A stretch of DNA of 25,119 nt from Candidatus Komeilibacteria bacterium RIFCSPHIGHO2_01_FULL_52_14. GTDB lineage: Bacteria; Patescibacteriota; Patescibacteriia; UBA1558; 2-01-FULL-52-15. Made by a program: the position numbers and the translations under genes. Every line of letters begins with the position of its first letter. Position 1 is the stretch's first letter. Below are positions 8,949 through 17,727 of this stretch, piece by piece. The DNA lies in the NCBI GenBank assembly GCA_001818365.1, contig MHKK01000037.1:1-25119 (forward strand). The letters are read 5' to 3'. A model generated the notes under the pieces. The model was not told the origin of the DNA. It was given only the letters and a program-made list of their open reading frames with translations, and made no database searches.

Positions 8949-10687
8949 TGGATCAAAAAGCAAACAGCGCAATTACCGTTTTTGCCGCAACGAACTTCCG
9001 CAATAAGCAGCAGCGTTTCGGTATCAAACGCGAAGACCGGCGACGCCACATGTACCTTATCGGTAAAACCGGTATGGGTAAATCGCAGTTGCTGGAAAAC
9101 ATGGCGATTCAGGATATCAGAAACGGCAACGGCGTAGCGGTCGTGGATCCGCACGGCGACATGATCGAGCGGATTTTGCGATTCGTCCCGCGCGAGCGGA
9201 TCAACGATGTCGTCTATTTCAATCCCGCCGATCTCGAGTATCCGATTGCGTTCAACGTGCTCGAGAAAGTTTCTCCCGAGCAGCGTCACCTCGTCGCATC
9301 GGGGTTGATAGGCGTTTTTAAAAAGATCTGGGCCGATTCCTGGGGACCCCGTTTGGAGTACGTTCTGCATAATGCCATTTCTGCGCTTCTGGAGTACCCG
9401 AGCTCAACGCTCTTGGGCATCATGCGCATGCTCACCGACAAGAACTTTCGCAAGCGCGTCATCATGAAAGTAAACGACCCGGTCGTCAAGGCCTTTTGGG
9501 TTGACGAGTATTCCAAATACCCTGACCGGTTCCAGGCCGAAGCGATCGCGCCGATTCAAAACAAAGTCGGTCGCTTTTTGACATCGTCATTGATGCGCAA
9601 CATCGTCGGACAGGTAGCCTCAACGATCAACATCCGCGAAATAATGGATCGCGAAAAAATATTTTTGATCAACCTTTCCAAGGGACGCGTCGGCGAAGAC
9701 AATTCGTCATTGCTCGGCGCCCTTCTGATTACGAAGATGCAGCTCGCAGCCATGAGCCGCGTCGACGTGCCGGAAACGGAACGTAGAGATTTTTATCTTT
9801 ACGTCGACGAGTTCCAAAATTTCGCAACGGAAAGTTTTGCCGGCATCCTGTCCGAGGCGCGTAAATACCGTCTCAATCTGGTTCTTGCGCACCAATACAT
9901 TGCACAGCTTATTAACGATGCGAACAGTCAGGTCCGTGATGCCGTATTCGGCAACATCGGGACTCTGATTACGTTCCGCGTCGGCGCAGCCGACGCCGAG
10001 TTCATGGAGCCGGAATTCGAACCGCAGCTCACGATGAACGACCTCGTCAATCTCCCAAAGTACCATGTGTATTTGAAGCTCATGATTGACGGCGTCACCT
10101 CGAACGCCTTCTCCGCAACAACGCTGCCCCCGTACACCATCCCCGAGGATTCTGCGGAAGTTGTTGAAAAGATTATCAAATCCTCCCGTGAACGGTATGC
10201 GAAACCCCGTGAGGTCATCGAGGATAAGATTATCCGCTGGGCGGAAAACAAAGGCGATGGTGAAGGCAGCGCTGATGCTCGCGACGCTGGTCAAGCACGC
10301 GACACGAGGGATCACGAACCTCGGCGCACTGTACCGGCTGCAAGTCGACCGTCTCGACATGATGCGGCCGACACCGGCCCGGCAAAGCAGCTTTTTAGCG
10401 CTATTTGCTCGAATTGCGGCAAAGCGACCGAGACCAAATTCAAGCCGGATCCGAACAGACCTGTGTATTGCCAGGACTGCCTGCAAAAAATTAAGAGGGG
10501 AGAGTTGCCTTTAAGGCGCGAGATGCCCGAGCCACCCCGTGCAGTTTCACTGGCCGAAGCGATTGCCATGCACCAAAAACACGGACCACCTGTGCAAAAC
10601 CACGGCCAAATTGCTGAAAAAAAGCATTCCGAGCATATTTTACAGCCAAAACAAGTTGTATCGATCCCGCATAGCAGTAACACCTAG
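8948..10687 (+). CDS. FtsK/HerA-superfamily P-loop ATPase (HerA/DUF87- or VirB4/TraG-like) with a C-terminal low-complexity linker and a CxxC...CxxC zinc ribbon. It is homologous to the C-terminal half of the 829-aa protein.
   Basis: Walker A is YLIGKTGMGKSQ and a VVDPHGD motif follows, as in HerA/DUF87. Walker B is LYVDEFQNF. Arg/Gln sensor block: EARKYRLNLVLAHQYIAQL. The tail is CSNCGK...KFKPDPNRPVYCQDC. Confidence 0.8.
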   Translation: MDQKANSAITVFAATNFRNKQQRFGIKREDRRRHMYLIGKTGMGKSQLLENMAIQDIRNGNGVAVVDPHGDMIERILRFVPRERINDVVYFNPADLEYPIAFNVLEKVSPEQRHLVASGLIGVFKKIWADSWGPRLEYVLHNAISALLEYPSSTLLGIMRMLTDKNFRKRVIMKVNDPVVKAFWVDEYSKYPDRFQAEAIAPIQNKVGRFLTSSLMRNIVGQVASTINIREIMDREKIFLINLSKGRVGEDNSSLLGALLITKMQLAAMSRVDVPETERRDFYLYVDEFQNFATESFAGILSEARKYRLNLVLAHQYIAQLINDANSQVRDAVFGNIGTLITFRVGAADAEFMEPEFEPQLTMNDLVNLPKYHVYLKLMIDGVTSNAFSATTLPPYTIPEDSAEVVEKIIKSSRERYAKPREVIEDKIIRWAENKGDGEGSADARDAGQARDTRDHEPRRTVPAASRPSRHDAADTGPAKQLFSAICSNCGKATETKFKPDPNRPVYCQDCLQKIKRGELPLRREMPEPPRAVSLAEAIAMHQKHGPPVQNHGQIAEKKHSEHILQPKQVVSIPHSSNT

Positions 10688-10719
10688 AAAATGCTATACT
10701 TTCATACAGTAACATTGAT

Positions 10720-11361
10720 GTGGATAACTTCAATCATCAAAAATTAATTATGCACAAAGAAAAAAAAGGATTCACCCAGCACCACTTTTTAAGTGGTAGC
10801 CATGGGTCAAGAATAGTGTCGAGTAACAAAAGTGGTGCCAGAAAGCTGGGTTTACCCAGCACCACTTTTAGCACCAAAAGTGGTGCTGGGTTCACGCTTA
10901 TCGAGCTTATCATCGTTGTGGCAATCATCGGACTGCTTGCCGCAGCGCTCTATGTGGCCATCGATCCGGCTGCACGTCTCGGTAATGCACGTGATGCGCG
11001 TAGGTACGCTGACGTAACGGCTATACTGAACGCAATTTTACAATATACGTCAGATACCTCAACACTGCCGACGCAGCTTGATTGTGCAGTAGGCACTTAC
11101 TGCATGATTCAGAATGGTGGTAGTGCTTCCGACGAAACAACGGGATCGAACTGCACGGAGCTCGATAGCAACCCGCCAACAGCTATGGCGATCGGATTAT
11201 CGTTAGTTGATAAATACCTTGCGTCTATCCCAATAGACCCGAGCGCAGCTTCCACTGCAACGAGCAGCTCAGGTTATTACCTAAAGCGATCAACGAGCGG
11301 TCGAATTACAGTCGGGTCGTGCACGAAATACCAAACTGCCTCAATCGAGGTCCAGCGGTAA
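10720..11361 (+). CDS. type IV pilin / pseudopilin (class III signal peptide, GFTLIEL N-methylation motif), copy 1, with an unusually long N-terminal extension
   Basis: KSGAG|FTLIELIIVVAIIGLLAAALYVA is a canonical prepilin-peptidase site and hydrophobic alpha1 helix with Glu+5. Four Cys are present in the C-terminal globular part. The ORF-track start is GTG. The true start is uncertain because the roughly 57-aa leader is atypical. Confidence 0.8.
   Translation: MDNFNHQKLIMHKEKKGFTQHHFLSGSHGSRIVSSNKSGARKLGLPSTTFSTKSGAGFTLIELIIVVAIIGLLAAALYVAIDPAARLGNARDARRYADVTAILNAILQYTSDTSTLPTQLDCAVGTYCMIQNGGSASDETTGSNCTELDSNPPTAMAIGLSLVDKYLASIPIDPSAASTATSSSGYYLKRSTSGRITVGSCTKYQTASIEVQR
10772..10890 (+). 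promoter_or_regulatory. structured leader element of pilin copy 1, built from repeated and inverted GCACCACTTTT / AAAAGTGGTGC blocks and including a perfect 15-bp-stem palindrome
   Basis: CCCAGCACCACTTTT-AGCACC-AAAAGTGGTGCTGGG lies at about 10854-10890. Additional copies at about 10774-10797 (ACCACTTTTTAAGTGGT) and 10827-10838 (AAAAGTGGTGCC) allow mutually exclusive pairings. Confidence 0.5.
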
Positions 11362-11417
11362 CATGACCAGGACGCATCTCCCGTAAGAGACGCACAAGAG
11401 CGCCGTTAGTTTGAGCT

Positions 11418-12023
11418 ATGAAGACCGCGAATGGATTCACCCAGCACCACTTTTCAAGTGGTAGCCATGTGTCAAGGCTAGTGTCGAGTAACAAAAGTGG
11501 TGCCAGAAAGCTGGGTTTACCCAGCACAACTTTTAGCACTAAAAGTGGTGCTGGGTTTACGCTTATCGAACTCATCATCGTTGTGGCAATCATCGGATTG
11601 CTTGCGGCAGCACTCTATGTTGCCCTTGATCCTGCAGGTCGCATTGGGAGGTCCCGCGATGCACGGCGATATACCGATGTGTCTGCCATATTGAATGCCA
11701 TATTGGAATATACGGCCGATACGACTACGTTGCCAACGAACGTCGCTGCTCTCAACACCGATGTCTACTACGTTGTTCAAAACGGCAGCAACGGGCAGGT
11801 CACTGCCGAAACAAGCATTCCGTGCAACGAAACGGGTATCCGTAACGGAGTCATCCTGGGTTCGCAACTCGTCAGTAAATATATTTCTACGATACCGCAG
11901 GATCCGAGGATCACCACAGCAACCAGCTCATCGCAATACTATATTCGTAAAACGACCAATGATAGAATCACCATTGGAGCATGTGAACACTATCAGTCGG
12001 GTTCGGTGGAAGTGCAGCGATAG
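11418..12023 (+). CDS. type IV pilin / pseudopilin, copy 2 (tandem paralogue)
   Basis: Has the same leader and GFTLIEL N-terminus as copy 1. The first roughly 190 nt are about 90% identical at nucleotide level; the globular C-terminal domain is divergent. ATG start. Confidence 0.8.
   Translation: MKTANGFTQHHFSSGSHVSRLVSSNKSGARKLGLPSTTFSTKSGAGFTLIELIIVVAIIGLLAAALYVALDPAGRIGRSRDARRYTDVSAILNAILEYTADTTTLPTNVAALNTDVYYVVQNGSNGQVTAETSIPCNETGIRNGVILGSQLVSKYISTIPQDPRITTATSSSQYYIRKTTNDRITIGACEHYQSGSVEVQR
11437..11555 (+). promoter_or_regulatory. structured leader element of pilin copy 2, duplicate of the copy-1 element
   Basis: Same block arrangement. The central palindrome CCCAGCACAACTTTT-AGCACT-AAAAGTGGTGCTGGG at 11520-11555 has one stem mismatch. 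Confidence 0.5.
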
Positions 12024-12099
12024 CATCTCGATCAGAAGTATCAAAATTACGGTCATCCCCTCGATTCCGTTACACCGCAGCGCGGGGTAACGGGGTTGA

Positions 12100-12160
12100 C
12101 CCCTCACCAGAGCCCTGGTGAGGGGTCTTCGTCGCTGCGCTCCTTGACAGGGGTTTTTTT
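12100..12160 (+). terminator. putative terminator region after the pilin genes
   Basis: GC-rich hairpin CCCCTCACCAG-AGCC-CTGGTGAGGGG (11-bp stem) at 12100-12125, followed 28 nt later by GGGG TTTTTTT at 12150-12160. Outer complementary CGCAGCG/CGCTGCG segments flank it. Confidence 0.4.
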
Positions 12161-12171
12161 CATGGTACATT
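12144..12171 (+). promoter_or_regulatory. putative sigma-70 promoter of the heat-shock operon: TTGACA, 16-17-nt spacer, TACATT
   Basis: TTGACA at 12144-12149 and a TAcaTT-like -10 at about 12166-12171, immediately upstream of CIRCE. Confidence 0.45.
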
Positions 12172-12176
12172 AGTAA

Positions 12177-12203
12177 TTAGCACTCTCAACCTTTGACTGC
12201 TAA
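12177..12203 (+). promoter_or_regulatory. CIRCE operator (HrcA binding site)
   Basis: TTAGCACTC-tcaaccttt-GACTGCTAA matches the CIRCE consensus TTAGCACTC-N9-GAGTGCTAA with one mismatch in the right arm. It sits directly upstream of hrcA. Confidence 0.85.
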
Positions 12204-12207
12204 TCGC

Positions 12208-12879
12208 ATGAACGTACGCCAGGAAGAATTGCTTTTTAAGCTCACTGAGGCATACCTCACGACCGCAGATCCCGTCAGTTCGGGTCTTTTGGCTCATAAG
12301 GCGGGGTTTTCGATTAGTTCGGCAACCATACGAAACGAACTTGTACAGCTCGAGGAAGAGGGCTTTCTGTACCAACCTCATACATCGGCCGGACGGATTC
12401 CGACCCTGAAGGGGATCGAGCGCTACATCGCGCAGGTGCGGGAAGCGGCCCTTCTCTCCGAAGGAGAGCAGGTACGGCTAGAGGCCATATTCAAACATGA
12501 CGGGCTCCGGGGGCTTGCTAAGGAGGCCGCGGCATACTGCAAGGCGGCAGCTGTCGTAGCGAGAAACGGAAATGATTTCTACTACACCGGCTTTTCCAAT
12601 TTGTTCTCCGCGCCCGAATGCTCGAATGCGCAGCTCGTCAGGGCAGTCAGCCGGTCCATAGACGCGCTGGAGGATGCCCTTCCGCAATTCATCGAGAGCG
12701 GGCAATCGTCGTCCCCGAAGCTCTACCTTGGAAAACATAATCCGCTCGGTGCCGACTGTGCGGTCATGTTCATCGGCGACGGGAAACATGCAAAGACGCT
12801 CGTCGGGATTATCAGCATGGTACGAACGAATTATAAAAAAAACATGGCCGTCCTGAAATCGATATCGCAGTATCTATAA
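12208..12879 (+). CDS. hrcA: heat-inducible transcription repressor HrcA, short form of about 223 aa
   Basis: The N-terminal wHTH (RQEELLFKLTEAYL...PVSSGLLA...SSATIRNELVQLEEEGFL) and the C-terminal LVGIISMVRTNYKKNMAVLKSISQYL are HrcA-like. The ORF-track TTG at 12193 lies inside CIRCE, so the ATG at 12208 is preferred. Confidence 0.75.
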   Translation: MNVRQEELLFKLTEAYLTTADPVSSGLLAHKAGFSISSATIRNELVQLEEEGFLYQPHTSAGRIPTLKGIERYIAQVREAALLSEGEQVRLEAIFKHDGLRGLAKEAAAYCKAAAVVARNGNDFYYTGFSNLFSAPECSNAQLVRAVSRSIDALEDALPQFIESGQSSSPKLYLGKHNPLGADCAVMFIGDGKHAKTLVGIISMVRTNYKKNMAVLKSISQYL

Positions 12880-12881
12880 CT

Positions 12882-13436
12882 ATGGAACCTTTACAGCACG
12901 ATACGGCTCCGGCAGCCGACAAAAAATCTTCGCACCAAGCATCACCGCCCGCGAAAGGCACAGCCGATGTCGCTTCGCTTACTTCCCAGCGTGACGAGTA
13001 TCTGAACGGCTGGAAACGCGCTCTCGCCGATTATGAAAACTTCAAGCGCGAATCAATCGAGCGTCTCGATACGCTTACGCGAACGACTCTGAAAATGTTC
13101 CTGCTCGATCTCCTGCCGTTCATTGATGCCTACTACACAGCGCTTTCCCACGTTCCCGAAAGCGAACGCTCACACCAATGGTACCTGGGCTTGCTCCAGG
13201 CGCAAAAGCTCTGGGAACAGCTTGCTCAGCGACATGCCATACGGCGCATGAACAGCATCGGTGTTCAATTCGATCCTGCCCGACACCACGCACTGGCAAC
13301 AGCACAGGAAACCGGCAAAAAAGAGAACGAGATCACCGGGGTCGCGCAGGAGGGCTACCTGATACGTGATGAGGTTCTGCGTCCGGCCCTCGTAACCGTC
13401 AATAAAATTGCTCCGGAAGCCGCTCCTCAAAAATAA
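12882..13436 (+). CDS. grpE: nucleotide exchange factor GrpE
   Basis: LNGWKRALADYENFKRE and the C-terminal GVAQEGYLIRDEVLRPALVTV are GrpE signatures. It sits between hrcA and dnaK. Confidence 0.85.
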   Translation: MEPLQHDTAPAADKKSSHQASPPAKGTADVASLTSQRDEYLNGWKRALADYENFKRESIERLDTLTRTTLKMFLLDLLPFIDAYYTALSHVPESERSHQWYLGLLQAQKLWEQLAQRHAIRRMNSIGVQFDPARHHALATAQETGKKENEITGVAQEGYLIRDEVLRPALVTVNKIAPEAAPQK

Positions 13437-13467
13437 CTAAACAACAACTATCATTAATACCAATTCT

Positions 13468-13884
13468 ATGTCACTCATCAAATGGACCCCGCTGTACGAA
13501 CCCTTCCTCGATATGGAGAAAGCGTTCAATGAAATGGGCATGCTGCAGGCGGCATCGTTACCCCCGATCGACCTCTATGAGAAAGGTGATCAGCTTATCG
13601 TTGATGTTGCCCTTGCCGGCATTGACCCGTCCCAGGTAAAGATCAACATCGAGGACAATGTCCTGAATATCGAAGGGTCGGTGGAAAAGAAATCGGAGGT
13701 TGATGAAACCAACTATTACCGGAAAGAGGTACGCAGCGGATCCTTTCACCGCGTTATAGCCCTCCCGACAGCCGTAAACGGAAGCGAAGCAAAGGCCGAG
13801 TACGATAAAGGGATTCTTCGTATCAGGATGCCAAAAAAGGAAGAAGTGAAGCCGAAGAAGATAGATATCACGATAAAGAAATAA
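13468..13884 (+). CDS. small heat-shock protein, Hsp20 / alpha-crystallin family
   Basis: The alpha-crystallin domain pattern IDLYEKGDQLIVDVALAGIDPSQVKINIEDNVLNIEG...YYRKEVRSGSFHRVIALPTAVNGSEAKAEYDKGILRIRMPK. Confidence 0.85.
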   Translation: MSLIKWTPLYEPFLDMEKAFNEMGMLQAASLPPIDLYEKGDQLIVDVALAGIDPSQVKINIEDNVLNIEGSVEKKSEVDETNYYRKEVRSGSFHRVIALPTAVNGSEAKAEYDKGILRIRMPKKEEVKPKKIDITIKK

Positions 13885-13902
13885 CTTACCCACCCTCGCA
13901 CT

Positions 13903-14238
13903 ATGCAACCACAAGCGCATCAACTGAGCCTGAAACTGCTTGAAAAGTGTCCTTCGTGTCAGTCCTTCGTTCCGGCGGCCAACGTTCACATTCTGGCCGA
14001 AAGCGATACCAAACTGCTGGCGCATCTTGCCTGCCAGCACTGTACCGCGAAATACCTGACCTATATCGTCAATCAGGAGCACGGCATCGTCGGCAACGCG
14101 ATTGTAACCGACCTGAGCTACGCCGAAGTACTCGCTTTTGATTCACTGAAGCCGCTTAATGAGGATGACGTGCTCACCCTCCACCGGTCAATCCATTCGA
14201 ACGACTTTATTGCGTATATTCGAAACAAAACTCATTAA
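13903..14238 (+). CDS. small hypothetical protein with a CxxC-N24-CxxC zinc-ribbon-like motif, embedded in the heat-shock operon
   Basis: CPSCQSF...LACQHCTAK. The ORF fills the gap between hsp20 and dnaK in the same orientation. No recognised family. Confidence 0.5.
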   Translation: MQPQAHQLSLKLLEKCPSCQSFVPAANVHILAESDTKLLAHLACQHCTAKYLTYIVNQEHGIVGNAIVTDLSYAEVLAFDSLKPLNEDDVLTLHRSIHSNDFIAYIRNKTH

Positions 14239-14248
14239 TTACTCATAA

Positions 14249-16137
<1,889 letters not shown>

Positions 16138-16138
<1 letters not shown>

Positions 16139-16428
16139 TGGCTGAAGAAAAACGTGAGATACAAATTCGCATCCCTGACGACGTATTGAAAGGCAGGTAT
16201 GCGAACATAGTACGGATCGATACGACACGCGAGGAATTCATAATGGACTTCGGAGTCATAAACCCCCAGCAGGGAACCGGTATCGTTACCGAGCGGATCA
16301 TTATGAATCCCGCGCACGTCAAACGCATGATCGAGGTATTGAATCGCGTCATGCAGGGATACGAAAAAAGCCACGGAACGGTCGCTCCCGCGGAGCAGCA
16401 AAAGGAGATCGGCTTCACCACCGCCTAA
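16138..16428 (+). CDS. small conserved hypothetical protein (96 aa) between dnaK and dnaJ; tentatively a DUF3467-like family member
   Basis: The ORF is start/stop coupled to dnaK (TAATG). Family assignment is from memory of similar small proteins (EIQIRIPDD...YANIVRIDTTREEFIMDFGVI) and is not verified. Confidence 0.5.
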
Positions 16429-16434
16429 AGCGAT

Positions 16435-17541
16435 ATGGCGAAGGACTACTATGCACTCTTGGGCGTTAACCGCAACGCAACCGATGCGGAGATTAAGGCC
16501 GCGTTCCGGCGCCTTGCGCACGAGCACCACCCTGATAAGCAGCAAGGCAACGAGGCGAAGTTCAAGGAAATAAACGAAGCGTACCAGGTACTCGGTAACA
16601 AGGAGAAACGAAGCCAGTACGATCAGTTCGGTACGGCGTTCGAAGCCGGCGGAGCAAACCCGTTTGGTGGTTTTGCCTGGCAGGATATGCGCGGCGGAAA
16701 TCCGTTCGGCAACGGATCGTTTCAGGGCACGCAATTCGATTTCGGCGATCTCGGTGAGATGTTCGGCGATGTGTTCGGTTTCGGCTCAGCCAGAACGGCA
16801 AGCGCCGATCGCAGTACTCGTGGTGCGGACGCTGAACTGACCATACCGCTCTCATTTGATGAAGCATATTTCGGAGCAGAAAAATCTCTCGAGCTCATGC
16901 TCGACGCGTCCTGCGAGCATTGTCTGGGATCGGGAGACGAGCCGGGTGCTCGTATCAGCAAATGCACGACCTGCGACGGCAAGGGTGTCATTACTCAAAT
17001 GCGTACGACATTCTTGGGAGCAGTCAGAACGCAATCCCGATGCGGCACGTGTAACGGAACGGGGAAACGCTCGTCAAAAAAATGCACCGTCTGCCACGGC
17101 AGGACAACCGTTCAAAAGCACCAGACGCTCAACGTTAAGATCCCCGCAGGCATCGATCCGACCCGCACGATCCGGCTCGGCGGCAGAGGACACGCTGGCA
17201 GCCGTAGCGGTTTGCACGGCGATATTTATATTCGCGTCACCGTTTCCCCTCACCGGTTGTTTGAACGCGAGGGCGATGATATAAAAAGTACCGAGGAGAT
17301 TCCGCTGTCGCTTTTGGCACTTGGCGGCACTGCCGAAGTACAAACTCCTACCGGACCCGCCAAACTCAAAGTTCCCGTTAATACGAAAAGCGGCACTCGC
17401 TTCATATTGCGAGGCAAGGGCTTTGAGCATCTATCGGGACGAGGCAGAGGAGACCAATATGTTACCGTGCATGCGCGAGTACCTGAAAGGATGACACCCC
17501 AGCGAAAGAAGATGCTTCTTGAATTTGAAAAAGGCGAATAA
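16435..17541 (+). CDS. dnaJ: molecular chaperone DnaJ
   Basis: J-domain with HPD (YYALLGV...HEHHPDK), a G/F-rich linker, and four CxxCxGxG zinc motifs (CEHCLGSG, CTTCDGKG, CGTCNGTG, CTVCHGRT). Confidence 0.95.
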   Translation: MAKDYYALLGVNRNATDAEIKAAFRRLAHEHHPDKQQGNEAKFKEINEAYQVLGNKEKRSQYDQFGTAFEAGGANPFGGFAWQDMRGGNPFGNGSFQGTQFDFGDLGEMFGDVFGFGSARTASADRSTRGADAELTIPLSFDEAYFGAEKSLELMLDASCEHCLGSGDEPGARISKCTTCDGKGVITQMRTTFLGAVRTQSRCGTCNGTGKRSSKKCTVCHGRTTVQKHQTLNVKIPAGIDPTRTIRLGGRGHAGSRSGLHGDIYIRVTVSPHRLFEREGDDIKSTEEIPLSLLALGGTAEVQTPTGPAKLKVPVNTKSGTRFILRGKGFEHLSGRGRGDQYVTVHARVPERMTPQRKKMLLEFEKGE

Positions 17542-17597
17542 GCGCGTATCCATAAAAAAGTGCTAAAATGAGCTCTTTTTTTATTTGTCTTTGATTA

Positions 17598-17626
17598 TTG
17601 ACAAAAAATTGAATATTGTGTATAAT
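17598..17626 (+). promoter_or_regulatory. consensus sigma-70 promoter with extended -10: TTGACA, 17-nt spacer, TGTG-TATAAT
   Basis: TTGACA at 17598-17603 and TATAAT at 17621-17626 with exactly 17 bp between. TGTG lies immediately 5' of the -10. An AT-rich UP-like region lies upstream. Confidence 0.7.
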
Positions 17627-17727
17627 CTAATGTTCAATAATAGAGTGCTGGCATTGTGTCCGCATTCGATGCGTACCTTGATAATCTACGACTTCAACTC
17701 AACAGTATCCCTGAGGAGGGGACTGCA

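Noticed and set aside
9707-10486. 259-aa ORF on the minus strand inside the ATPase gene. Similar long antisense ORFs occur at 987-1604, 3617-4279, 16066-16734, 23311-23991, 20998-21549 and 19967-20482.
   Set aside because: Each is fully nested antisense to a gene with clear family motifs, and each has Arg/Ser/Cys-rich low-complexity translations typical of shadow ORFs in GC-moderate DNA.
10832-11017. Alternative-frame ORFs inside both pilin genes (10832-11017 and 11497-11694, on the + strand)
   Set aside because: These are artefacts of the duplicated leader sequence. The main frame carries the canonical pilin signature.
10741-11340. An apparent 1-nt discrepancy between my manual codon-by-codon read of the printed sequence and the supplied ORF-track frame. 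It looks like one A fewer near 10741 and one T extra near 11340.
   Set aside because: This is most likely a reading or formatting artefact. The ORF-track frame gives a biologically coherent pilin that ends ...IEVQR*, like copy 2. I therefore followed the track. Motif coordinates in this block may be off by 1.
12193-12207. TTG start of hrcA at 12193
   Set aside because: It lies inside the CIRCE inverted repeat. The ATG at 12208 immediately follows the operator, which is the usual arrangement.
17545-17585. Terminator after dnaJ (AAAAAAGTGCTAAAATGAGCTCTTTTTTT)
   Set aside because: There is a T-run, but the stem is weak and imperfect, so I did not call it as a feature.
17656-17727. GTG start at 17656 for the SPFH protein
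   Set aside because: The ATG at 17728 has a perfect GAGGAGG RBS. The GTG has none. The extra 24 aa are not hydrophobic signal-like.
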